DNA of 64,000 bases from Verrucomicrobiaceae bacterium (GCA_027483175.1 JAIXVE010000042.1:29-64028); one strand, 5' to 3'; shown: positions 10,820 to 18,768, numbered from the stretch's first letter. Notes: generated by a model from the sequence alone, not told the origin. A program made the numbers and translations.

Positions 10820-10843
10820 GGGTTGCCGGGCGAGCCTTGCGCG

Positions 10844-11833
10844 ATGATTTCCGATACTATGTCCACACAAAGAGAGTTGTACGCGGTGCCGTCGGTGGCG
10901 GGCCGGGTTGCGAGGAGGTTCCGGCTGCTGGCGGTGGCGGCGGCTGGGATGGTGGCGATGGGTGGGCCGGTGCGTGGGACGCAGATTGTGTGGGACGGGG
11001 TGATTGGGTTGCCGCATGCGTTGTCGGACGGGCGGTTGTTTCCGGACACGGTGGTGTTGAGTCTGGGGGTGTTTGCGTCCGGGTTTACGCCAACGAGTGC
11101 GAATGTGGGGCAGTGGGCGGCGAACTGGACACCGGCGTCGCATGCGCGGTGGGATTCGCAGGTGCGGTACTATTCCGGGGTGGTGGATTTCACGGTGAAT
11201 GTGATTCCGTTTGTGCCTGGTGCGCCGGCGTATGTGTGGGTGGTGACGGGTCGGGAGTGGATGCTGTTCCGGCGGAGTACGTGGACGTGGCCGCTGGGGA
11301 GTTCGATTGGGGGGCCGCCGATTGTTTGGAGTGCGGATCAGGGGGTGACGGCGGTGGTGGGGGCGGTGCGGACGTCTGGGCAGAGTTATTTTTACCAGAC
11401 GGCGGCGGTGGCGTCGGGGGATCCGGAGGCGGTTTCGTGGGCGGACTGGCGTGGGCTGCATTTTACGGCGGCGCAGTTGGCGAATGCGGCGGTGAGCGGG
11501 CCGACGGCGGATCCGGATGGGGATGGGGTGAACAATGTGATGGAGTATGCGTGGCTGACGTGGCCGATGCGGGGGACGAGCCGGGTGGTGGCGGCAGCGA
11601 CGGCTGGGTTGGTGCGGACGGGGGCTGGGGATCATCTGTCGATTGAGTTTTCGAGTGATCCGAGGGCGCGGCTGGGGTTTACGGCGGAGGCGTCGGGTGG
11701 GTTGGGGAGCTGGGCGAGCGGGCCTGAGGAGGCGGTGGTGTTTTCGTCGGTGCCTGGGCTGGCGGTGTATCGGAGTGTGCCGCCGGTGAATGGGGGGCGG
11801 CGGTTTCTACGGTTGCGGGTGGTGCCGCAGTGA
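10844..11833 (+). CDS. Secreted hypothetical protein with a DPDGDG..N..EY calcium-type motif and a C-terminal ...RRFLRLRV beta-domain
   Basis: The ORF 10817..11833 has normal amino-acid composition, whereas competing ORFs are Gly- or Arg/Pro-rich. I trimmed the start to ATG 10844 (or 10859) because the 10786..10819 hairpin overlaps the first Met. Signal-like RRFRLLAVAAAGMVAMGG. Motif ADPDGDGVNNVMEYAW. Confidence 0.7.
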   Translation: MISDTMSTQRELYAVPSVAGRVARRFRLLAVAAAGMVAMGGPVRGTQIVWDGVIGLPHALSDGRLFPDTVVLSLGVFASGFTPTSANVGQWAANWTPASHARWDSQVRYYSGVVDFTVNVIPFVPGAPAYVWVVTGREWMLFRRSTWTWPLGSSIGGPPIVWSADQGVTAVVGAVRTSGQSYFYQTAAVASGDPEAVSWADWRGLHFTAAQLANAAVSGPTADPDGDGVNNVMEYAWLTWPMRGTSRVVAAATAGLVRTGAGDHLSIEFSSDPRARLGFTAEASGGLGSWASGPEEAVVFSSVPGLAVYRSVPPVNGGRRFLRLRVVPQ

Positions 11834-11979
11834 GTGCGGGGATCCGCAGGCGCGGGTGTCCGGGGAAAAAAGCGGGTGGGAGCATCTCGTATTGAACGAA
11901 GGCGGGCGGTGGGCATCTAATGGACACAGAGTGGTGTGCATGGTGCCGCTGCTCCTAATTTCTTACCTTACCCCATCGC

Positions 11980-12405
11980 ATGAAAACCGCTCCGATCGCA
12001 TTGCGCCGCCGCCGTCCGCGCGCCTTCACCCTCATGGAACTTCTGCTGGTGCTGGCCATTATTGGTCTGCTGATGGGTGGTGTGGCGGTGGGTTACAGTG
12101 CGATCATGGATCAGGCGCGCGGCACGAAGGCGGAGTCGCAGGTGAACACGATCATGAGCTACATTCAGCTCTACACGACGAAGAACAGCGGGCGTCCGCC
12201 GTCGGCGGCGGTGGGGTTGCGTGCGTTGATCACGGGGAACATCACGAATGACGAAGGCATCCTGATTGATCCGTGGGGTGAGCCGATGCAGTACGTGACG
12301 CCGGCTCGGCGGAGCAAGGACAAGTTCGACATCTTCTCGAAGGGGAAGGACAAGCTGGAGAACACCGATGACGACATCGGGAACTGGACGGCGCTGCAGC
12401 AGTGA
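11980..12405 (+). CDS. gspG: Type II secretion major pseudopilin GspG-like protein
   Basis: Prepilin-type N-terminus RAFTLMELLLVLAIIGLLMGG. GspG-like core ...IDPWGEPMQYVTP...FDIFSKGKDK...DDDIGNW parallels the DPWG.PY.Y / D.FS.G.DG / D.I.NW signature. Confidence 0.8.
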   Translation: MKTAPIALRRRRPRAFTLMELLLVLAIIGLLMGGVAVGYSAIMDQARGTKAESQVNTIMSYIQLYTTKNSGRPPSAAVGLRALITGNITNDEGILIDPWGEPMQYVTPARRSKDKFDIFSKGKDKLENTDDDIGNWTALQQ

Positions 12406-12468
12406 TGCTGGCGGGTGCCGAGGCTGATCCTGACATTTGAATCCCGGTTTCTGCCGGATGCCACTCCG

Positions 12469-13008
12469 ATGAACACGCCACACGAGACAACAAGACGCGG
12501 CTTCACGCTGATGGAAATGCTGCTGGTGCTGGCGATCATCGGGCTGGTATTTGTGGGGTCGTTTCTGGGGATGTCGTCTTTGAACGACGAGCGGAACCTG
12601 AGGGCACCGCTGACGGAGTTGCGGTCGCTGGCGAAGCGGGCGTGGCAGCGGTCGATGCAGGAGCAGACGGCGTGGCAGATCCGGTTTCTGCCGGACCGGA
12701 TGGTGCTGGAGCCGCGGAAGGCGGTGCAGGCGGAGGATCGGAACATGCTGCGTGCGGCGGACCAGGTGGCGCGGCGCGGGTCTGGGGTGGAGACGTACAA
12801 GATTGCGCCGGAGATTCAGACGGAGGTGAGGCACTGGGGGGAGCGGGACTGGCACAAGCCAGGGCCTGACGTGTGGGTATTTGAGCACAGCGGGTTGTGC
12901 GAGCCGATCAGCGTGAGGTTTCTGAGTACTCACGGCGTGCTGGCGGTGCAGTTTGATCCACTGACGGCGAGTGTGCAGTTGGAAGAATTCAGCACTGGCA
13001 AAGAATGA
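12469..13008 (+). CDS. Minor pseudopilin (GspH-like), prepilin-type N-terminal methylation domain
   Basis: Track ORF 12415..13008 trimmed to ATG 12469 (MNTPHETTRRGFTLMEMLLVLAIIGLVFVG). Contains the GFTL.E motif followed by a hydrophobic helix. Confidence 0.7.
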   Translation: MNTPHETTRRGFTLMEMLLVLAIIGLVFVGSFLGMSSLNDERNLRAPLTELRSLAKRAWQRSMQEQTAWQIRFLPDRMVLEPRKAVQAEDRNMLRAADQVARRGSGVETYKIAPEIQTEVRHWGERDWHKPGPDVWVFEHSGLCEPISVRFLSTHGVLAVQFDPLTASVQLEEFSTGKE

Positions 13009-13574
13009 ACACGAAACTTGTCAGGAAGCGGGGCCGGAGATCGGCGATGGTGATCATGGAGGTGCTGGTGGCGCTGGGGGTCTTCGGGCTGGCGGCGCTG
13101 GGATTGATCAAGGCGCTGGCGGTGGCGGCGCAGACGGCGGTGGTGTCGCAACTGGAGCTGCGGATGATTCTGCGGCTGCAGTCGACGCTGACGGAGTACA
13201 GCAAGATCGCGCGGATTGAGGAAGGGAAGTGGCAGAGTGATCCGGATGAGTTAGGGGTGTGGACGGAGACGGAGGTGGTGCTGCTGGAGGACATTCTGAA
13301 TTCGGAGGGGCAGCCCTTGAACGAGATGTACCGGATCAGGGTGACGGGGTACTACGACAATTACGGGCAGACGGGTGAGATGGCGGCGGAGACGCTGCGT
13401 TATGCGCGGCTGTATCAGGCGACGGGCGCGGCGGGAGCGGGTGGCGCGCCGGCAGGAGGAGCGGGGGCGGCAGCTGGCGGTGGTGGTGGTGCGGCTGGCG
13501 GAGGTGGGCGCGGGCCCGGGGGTGGTGGGCAGGGTGGTGGTGGTCAACCTCGCGGGGGGGCGCCGACACGATGA
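13005..13574 (+). CDS. Minor pseudopilin-like protein (GspI-like) with Gly-rich C-terminal tail
   Basis: ATGA overlap with the upstream gene. N-terminus RRSAMVIMEVLVALGVFGLAALGL is a degenerate prepilin motif with Glu. Tail: GAAGAGGAPAGGAGAAAGGGGGAAGGGGRGPGGGGQGGGGQPRGGAPTR. Confidence 0.65.
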   Translation: MNTKLVRKRGRRSAMVIMEVLVALGVFGLAALGLIKALAVAAQTAVVSQLELRMILRLQSTLTEYSKIARIEEGKWQSDPDELGVWTETEVVLLEDILNSEGQPLNEMYRIRVTGYYDNYGQTGEMAAETLRYARLYQATGAAGAGGAPAGGAGAAAGGGGGAAGGGGRGPGGGGQGGGGQPRGGAPTR

Positions 13575-14518
13575 AGCGGTATCCTTTGGCGATGATGGGC
13601 GGGGTGCGGCGGCGCGCGGGGCGTGGTTTTACGCTGGTGGAGGTGCTGTTGGGATTGGCGCTGCTGGGATTGCTGGCGGGCGGGATTTTTGCGGTGCAGC
13701 GCGGGGCGCTGACGGTTAGTGCGGAGGTGGCGGAGCGGGAGACGAAGGTGATGCGGGTGCATGCGTTCTGTGAGTTGCTGCGGCGGACGTTCGAGCAGGC
13801 TCCGGGGAATGCGCGGGTGAATCTGATGGTGTACGGTGGGGCGGGGTCGGATCTGACGGAGGTGGCGTTCACGGATTACCCGCTGGCGTTCAACTGGCCG
13901 GGGGTGACGGCGGGATCGAAGACGGTGATTTTCCGGACGGAGCGAGCGGCGGGCGGGTTGGGGTTGCAGGCGGCGGTGATCTATCTGGATGAGGAGCAGA
14001 GCGATGCGTGGCAGCGCGGGCAGTTTGACGAGACGAAGGCGCTAGGGCGGCTGACGCTGCTGGATGGGATTGCGTTTCTGGGGTGGCGGTTTTTCAACGA
14101 AACGACGCAGGAATGGGAACTGGAGTGGCCGGTCGCGAATACGCGGCGGCCGTCGTTTGTGGAGATGACGCTGCAGTTTGTGGATGGTTATGATCCGGTG
14201 CGGCTGGTGTTCTGGATTCCGACGATGGCGAATCCGCAGACGTTCACGTCGAATCTCGGCGGGGGCGGTGCGGGCGCGGGAGCAGGGATTCCGCCGGGAT
14301 TGCCGGGTGGGGTGCCGGGCGGTGGTCCACCGGGAGCGGCGGGCGGTGGACCTGGCGGAGGTCGGGGGCCTGGTGGAGGTCCGGGCGGCGGTGGCCCGGG
14401 TGGTGGTCGTGGCAATGGCGGCGGCGGGCGTGGGAATGGTGGAGGTGGGCGCGGGAATGGCGGCGGTGGGCCTCCGGGTGGTGGTTTTGGTGGTGGGCGC
14501 GGAGGTGGTGGGCGGTGA
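13571..14518 (+). CDS. Minor pseudopilin-like protein (GspJ-like) with about 90-aa Gly/Pro/RGG C-terminal tail
   Basis: ATGA overlap with the upstream gene. N-terminus GRGFTLVEVLLGLALLGLLAGGIFAV. The tail ends ...GGGRGNGGGGRGNGGGGRGNGGGGPPGGGFGGGRGGGGR. Confidence 0.7.
   Translation: MKRYPLAMMGGVRRRAGRGFTLVEVLLGLALLGLLAGGIFAVQRGALTVSAEVAERETKVMRVHAFCELLRRTFEQAPGNARVNLMVYGGAGSDLTEVAFTDYPLAFNWPGVTAGSKTVIFRTERAAGGLGLQAAVIYLDEEQSDAWQRGQFDETKALGRLTLLDGIAFLGWRFFNETTQEWELEWPVANTRRPSFVEMTLQFVDGYDPVRLVFWIPTMANPQTFTSNLGGGGAGAGAGIPPGLPGGVPGGGPPGAAGGGPGGGRGPGGGPGGGGPGGGRGNGGGGRGNGGGGRGNGGGGPPGGGFGGGRGGGGR
14408..14470 (+). repeat. Three in-frame 21-nt tandem repeats encoding RGNGGGG
   Basis: cgtggcaatggcggcggcggg / cgtgggaatggtggaggtggg / cgcgggaatggcggcggtggg, read directly in the 13571..14518 frame. 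Confidence 0.85.
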
Positions 14519-14519
14519 G

Positions 14520-14568
14520 GAAGTGAGAAGTGAGAAGTGAGAAGTGAGAAGTGAGAAGTTAGAAATGA
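14520..14568. repeat. Heptamer microsatellite: 5 x GAAGTGA plus GAAGTTA and GAAATGA
   Basis: Counted directly. It begins 2 nt after the stop of the last pseudopilin gene and is intergenic. Confidence 0.95.
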
Positions 14569-14777
14569 GACTGGCTTGTGGGGAGATGGCGTGTTTGGAG
14601 AGGGCGTTGAGAACCACGGATTTCACGAATGGACACGGATGGGCCGGGCGGCGATGCTCGTTGGGAGGGGGCGGATTGGGAGAGCGGGCCGCGCGCACTG
14701 CGTGCGCCCCGGGAGCTTCAATTCTTACAGCAGTACAGAGCCTGCGGCGCTCTTGTTCGGTGGGCGTGGGCAAGAAG

Positions 14778-14813
14778 AAACCCCTTCCGGGCGTGGGGGC
14801 CGCGGAAGGGGTT
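14778..14813 (-). terminator. Rho-independent terminator of the beta-propeller gene
   Basis: AAACCCCTTCCG (14778..14789) pairs with CGGAAGGGGTTT (14802..14813). On the minus strand the hairpin is followed by CTTCTTG. It lies 36 nt downstream of the stop at 14849. Confidence 0.65.
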
Positions 14814-14848
14814 TGGGTGTTAGGAGGGTGTCCGGGGCGATCGGGGGG

Positions 14849-16420
14849 TTATTTGGGGCCGAAGGCGTAGAGTTGGGACATCGTCATGATGTAGAGCGTG
14901 CCGTTGGAGAAGACTGGGGTGGCGAAGATGGAGCCTGGGAAGTCGATGACGGCGACTTTTTCGAGTTGTTTGCCGGCTTTGATGATGTGGAGTTCGCCTT
15001 CTTCGTTCCCGACGTAGAGTTTGCCGTCGATGAAGAGAGTGCTGCCCCAGATGTGGCCTTTGGTGTCGTAGACGCTGAGTTTGGCGCCGGTGTTGGCGTC
15101 GACGGCGTGGACGAGGCCGGAGAAGTCGGCGACGTAGACGATGTCGTCGACGATGGCGGGAGTGGAGACCGAGCGATTGATGTCCTTGTAGGTCCAGAGG
15201 GCTTTGCCGGAGATGTCGCCGGAGCCGGTGGGGTCGATGCAGCTGAGGCAGCCTTTGCCTTCGCCGTGTTCCGGGTCCTGACCGATCTGGGTGAAGACGC
15301 GGTTTTTGTAGACGACTGGGGTGGCGATGATTTCGGAGGGGCCTTCGTAGGTATTGTAGGCGCGTTTGGCTCCTTTTTCGTCGAGGCGGTATTCCTTGGG
15401 ATTGGCGTCGTAGCGCCAGAGTTCGTTGATGATGTCGAAGCCTTCGTCATCCTTTTTGAAGGTCATGTCGAAGCCGTAGCAGAAGCCGTCGCCTGCGCCG
15501 AAGACGACCATGGGTTTGGCACCGACGGTGGCGAAGGCTGGGCTGGACCATGAGCAGTGGAGACAGCGTTTGCTGATGCCGGAGCCTTCTTCGCCGAGGA
15601 GTTTGCCGGTTTTTTTGTCGAGGCAGATGAGGCTAGGGGCTTCCGGGGCGGGGATGTTGGTGTGCGTCCAGTCGACGCCGTTGGAAGTGGTGATGTAGAT
15701 GCGGTCTTCGAGGACGAGGACGTTGCTGGAGGTGACGTTGTGAGGGAAGACCCCGCATTCCTCGCGCATGTCGAAGCGCCAGATGATGTCGGCGTCGGTG
15801 TCGCCGGTTTTCTCGATCTTGTTTTCCGGGGAGGTGAGGTACTTGGCTTCGTCCTGAATGCCGTCGTTGCCGTTTTTGAGGCCTTCGAGGTCGAGACAGA
15901 GGACCTCGCAGCGATTGGTGGCGATGTAGACCCGGCCGGAGTCGACGGCGCCGCCGGAGCACATGCCGAGGTATTCCCAGTCGGAGACCTTGCCGGTGCC
16001 GAGTTTGGGGGCGGCGAGCTGCCATGTCATCTGGCCGGATTTTTCGTCGAGGCAGAGGAGGATGGAGCGGTCTTCGGCGGTGACTTTACCGGAGTCCTTG
16101 TTCTTGACGTTGTACTTGGAGTCCCACGGGTTTTCGTTATTGGTGCCGAGGAGGATTTTGCCATTGGCGACGGAGAGAGTGCCGTAGGCTTGCGAGCCGA
16201 GCCGGGCGGCCCATTTGAGGCCCTTGGTGGTGGTGAGGTCGACCTCGTCCTTGCCTTTGATTTTCTTGCCTGGGTCGAATTCGAGCGGAGGATTTTTTTC
16301 CGTCGAGACCATGTTGCGGGAATTGGTGCCGCCCCATGTGGGCCAGTCGGCGGAAGCGGAGGCGAGGGAAGCGGCGGTGAAGCCGGCGGCGAGGAGGGAA
16401 GCGGATCGGAGGCTTTTCAT
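14849..16420 (-). CDS. Secreted PQQ-like / BamB-like beta-propeller repeat protein
   Basis: Track ORF trimmed to MKSLRSASLLAAGFTAASLASASA (signal peptide, ATG at 16420). It has repeated ...VY(V/I)..., DG.LY(V/I), G..LW motifs typical of PQQ-like propeller blades. The plus-strand ORFs here are Gly/Asp/Val junk. Confidence 0.8.
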   Translation of the reverse strand: MKSLRSASLLAAGFTAASLASASADWPTWGGTNSRNMVSTEKNPPLEFDPGKKIKGKDEVDLTTTKGLKWAARLGSQAYGTLSVANGKILLGTNNENPWDSKYNVKNKDSGKVTAEDRSILLCLDEKSGQMTWQLAAPKLGTGKVSDWEYLGMCSGGAVDSGRVYIATNRCEVLCLDLEGLKNGNDGIQDEAKYLTSPENKIEKTGDTDADIIWRFDMREECGVFPHNVTSSNVLVLEDRIYITTSNGVDWTHTNIPAPEAPSLICLDKKTGKLLGEEGSGISKRCLHCSWSSPAFATVGAKPMVVFGAGDGFCYGFDMTFKKDDEGFDIINELWRYDANPKEYRLDEKGAKRAYNTYEGPSEIIATPVVYKNRVFTQIGQDPEHGEGKGCLSCIDPTGSGDISGKALWTYKDINRSVSTPAIVDDIVYVADFSGLVHAVDANTGAKLSVYDTKGHIWGSTLFIDGKLYVGNEEGELHIIKAGKQLEKVAVIDFPGSIFATPVFSNGTLYIMTMSQLYAFGPK

Positions 16421-16503
16421 GGGCACAAAGAAGAGGGGGAAGGTTCCTGTGGACGGGAGGGAACGCAATTAGATTCCGGCCGCTTGCGCGGAAGGCCGCG
16501 GGG

Positions 16504-16559
16504 GAAGTGAGAAGTGAGAAGTGAGAAGTGAGAAAGGGGAAAGGGGAAAGGGGAAAGAG
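16504..16559. repeat. Heptamer microsatellite: 4 x GAAGTGA, 3 x GAAAGGG, 1 x GAAAGAG
   Basis: Counted directly. Same unit and same orientation as the 14520..14568 array. It is embedded in a C-free purine tract (16500..16609). Confidence 0.95.
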
Positions 16560-16608
16560 GAGGAAGAAGGGAGGAGGGGGGGAGGTGGAGGGGAGAAGGG
16601 AGTGGGGG

Positions 16609-17976
16609 TCAGCGGCGTTTTTGGGGGCGTGGGGAGTTGGGGAGGTTTTTGAAGGGGCGGTTGGCGGGGTTTTTCTGGCGGATGGGTTCTGAGGCGAAGC
16701 GTTGCTGGAGGTCAGGGGGGAGATTGGAGGCGGCCCATTGGGAGGCGGCGGGTGGGTCGACGGAGTTCCAGAGTTGGGCGGTGCGGAGGAGGGATTCGGA
16801 GCGGGCGGCTGGATCGGCGATGGTGTTGGCCCATGCGATGGCGGCGGTGGGGTCGTTGCGGGCGATGGTGCGGGAGAGCGAGGAGACGGCGGCGTCGCGG
16901 GAGGGGCCCGGGGGCATGGATTGGAGGTGCTGGCTGCTGGCTTCGGGGTCGTTGCGGGTCCATGAGCGCATGGCGTCTTCCCATGCTTCCTGGCGGGCGG
17001 GGCCTTCTGGGAGGGAGGAGATCCATGCGACGGCTTTTTCGGGGTCGCGGGCGGTCCATTCGCGGGCGACTGCGCCGACGGCTTGCTGGCCGCCGGGTTT
17101 GGTGGCGGTGGAGGCGGCCCATGCGGCGGCGGATTCCGGGGATTCGGAGGCGAAGCGATGGGCGACGGAGGCGAGGGCGGCGGAGCGGAGGGCGGGGTCG
17201 GAGATGGAGTCGGCCCATGCGGAGGCGGAGGCGAAGCCGCGGTCCATCTGGCGGCTGGCGAGGGAGGCGAGGAGTGGGCCGCGTTCTTTTTCGTCGAGGG
17301 AGGCGATCCAGCGGGTGGCGGCGTCTGGGTTGGAGCGGGCCATGCCGTCGGCGATGCCTGCTTTGAGGAGGGCGAGCTGGCGGCGGTTCTGGTTGGAGGG
17401 GTCGGGGTCGTGGGCGGTGGCTTTGGAGGCGGCGTCGAGGTGGGCGAGGGCGGCGTCGGGGTCACGGGAGGCCCAGCCGCTCATGACTTGGTAGCGAGCG
17501 GAGGCGGAGTCGCGGTTTTTGGAGGAGGCGAGGGCTTTGAGGGCGCCGGGGCCGTCGATGGTGCCCCATTGGTGGGCGAAGAGGTCGGTGAAGCGGGCGG
17601 CGTCGGTGCCTTGGTGGGAGGAGAGGGCCTGCCATGCGGCGGCGGCGTTTTCCGGGGTGAGCTGGTGGAGGAGGGCGGAGAAGGCCTCGGATTGTTCGAG
17701 AGGGTCGGAGGTGGCGAGGATCTGGCGGATGAGATCGGGGATGGCGGCGGCGTCGGGCGGGGTGGAGGGGCGGGCGGATGATGATGTTCCGGACGAGGAA
17801 GCGGCAGCGGACGGGCGGGAGGATGGGCTGGGGTTATGGGGGGATGAGGCGGAGAGGGACGTGGGGGCCGTGCGGGAGGAGGAGGGGGAAGTGGAGGTGG
17901 CTGGGCGTGTGGCGAGCCATGTGAGGGCCGAGGCGGAGACGGCGGAGAGGAGGCAGAGGAGAGAGGGGCGGAGCAT
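16609..17976 (-). CDS. Secreted hypothetical protein with helical (HEAT-like) DP..A..W repeats
   Basis: Signal-like MLRPSLLCLLSAVSASALTW followed by a Ser/Pro-rich linker. Repeated units include SDPALRSAALASV..., RDPEKAVAWISSLP, NDPEASSQHLQSMP, NDPTAAIAWANTI, VDPPAASQWAASNLP. Confidence 0.7.
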   Translation of the reverse strand: MLRPSLLCLLSAVSASALTWLATRPATSTSPSSSRTAPTSLSASSPHNPSPSSRPSAAASSSGTSSSARPSTPPDAAAIPDLIRQILATSDPLEQSEAFSALLHQLTPENAAAAWQALSSHQGTDAARFTDLFAHQWGTIDGPGALKALASSKNRDSASARYQVMSGWASRDPDAALAHLDAASKATAHDPDPSNQNRRQLALLKAGIADGMARSNPDAATRWIASLDEKERGPLLASLASRQMDRGFASASAWADSISDPALRSAALASVAHRFASESPESAAAWAASTATKPGGQQAVGAVAREWTARDPEKAVAWISSLPEGPARQEAWEDAMRSWTRNDPEASSQHLQSMPPGPSRDAAVSSLSRTIARNDPTAAIAWANTIADPAARSESLLRTAQLWNSVDPPAASQWAASNLPPDLQQRFASEPIRQKNPANRPFKNLPNSPRPQKRR

Positions 17977-18172
17977 GTGGGCGGGCTTGCGGAAATTGAT
18001 GAGGTGTGGGTGAGGGAGGTGACAGAGAAAGGGGGGCGCGGGTACGGAATTGCAGGTCGGGAAGAAAACCGCTTGCGTTCCGGGGGTGGCGGGTAATATG
18101 CCCGCCCTTCCGCGACTGGAAATCCTCCATGGCGCGGCGTTATTTTTCAGAACACCAACGCAAGCATCAATT

Positions 18173-18427
18173 ATGGCAGTCGCAATCAGGCTGAGGCGCG
18201 AAGGCGCGAAAGATCGTCCGTTCTACCGCATCGTGGTGGCGGATTCCCGCACGCGCCGCGATGGGCGCTTTATCGACATGGTCGGCACGTACGACCCGAT
18301 GAAAGCCGGCACGAATTACGATGTGGACCTTGCGAAGGTTGACGCGTGGATTGGCAAAGGCGCGAAGGCCAGCGAGACGGTGGCGTCGCTGATCCGCAAA
18401 GTGCGCAAGGCGCAGCCGAAGCCCTGA
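18173..18427 (+). CDS. rpsP: 30S ribosomal protein S16
   Basis: [42 protein letters not shown]... is a clear bS16 signature. Track ORF 18050.. trimmed to ATG 18173. Confidence 0.95.
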   Translation: MAVAIRLRREGAKDRPFYRIVVADSRTRRDGRFIDMVGTYDPMKAGTNYDVDLAKVDAWIGKGAKASETVASLIRKVRKAQPKP

Positions 18428-18448
18428 GGTTTCGGGAATGAATCAACT

Positions 18449-18483
18449 GCCCGGTCCTGTGAGCAGGGCCGGGCTTTTTGTTT
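18449..18483 (+). terminator. Rho-independent terminator directly after rpsP
   Basis: 11-bp stem GCCCGGTCCTG / CAGGGCCGGGC (one G-U pair), loop TGAG, then TTTTTGTTT. Confidence 0.8.
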
Positions 18484-18509
18484 AGGATGGAACCCAACCC
18501 GAACGAGAT

Positions 18510-18758
18510 ATGGAAGCCCCGGTGAACATTCAGGAATTTCTGGAGTATGTGGTGGAGCAACTGACTGGAGCGGTTGGTGATGGAGTGGTGACGAGTCGTG
18601 AGGAAGGCGGGCGTGAGATTTTCGAGTTGGTGGTGCCTGAGCGGCAGGTGTCGCGATTGATTGGGCATGAGGGGAGTACGATCAAGGCGGTGCGGACGCT
18701 GGTGGCGGCGGCGGCGTGGCGCGAGGGGCGACGGGTGGGTGTGGAGGTGAAGGATTGA
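18510..18758 (+). CDS. KH-domain RNA-binding protein (UPF0109/YlqC-like)
   Basis: 82 aa. LIGHEGSTIKAVRTLV is a GXXG-type KH motif. It occupies the classic position after rpsP. Confidence 0.8.
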   Translation: MEAPVNIQEFLEYVVEQLTGAVGDGVVTSREEGGREIFELVVPERQVSRLIGHEGSTIKAVRTLVAAAAWREGRRVGVEVKD

Positions 18759-18768
18759 GGAGACCGGC

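Noticed and set aside
10792-11646. 284-aa plus-strand ORF and 273-aa minus-strand ORF overlapping the 10844..11833 gene
   Set aside because: One is Gly-rich (GGGGGWDGGDGWAGAWD...) and the other Arg/Pro/His-rich. The chosen frame has a signal peptide, balanced composition and a recognisable DPDGDG motif.
14520-14568. CRISPR-like appearance of the short tandem repeats
   Set aside because: The unit is only 7 nt with no spacers, and no cas genes are present. This is a microsatellite, not a CRISPR array.
16137-17465. 442-aa minus-strand ORF and several plus-strand ORFs overlapping the 16609..17976 and 14849..16420 genes
   Set aside because: They are Pro/Ser/Thr- or Gly-rich low-complexity translations that run across the heptamer repeat. 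The alternative frames give a signal peptide plus structured repeats or a PQQ-like propeller.
18073-18099. Sigma70-type promoter for rpsP (TTGCGT ... TAATAT)
   Set aside because: The hexamers are only 15 nt apart by my count, and the phylum-specific promoter consensus is unknown to me. The evidence is too weak to report as a feature.
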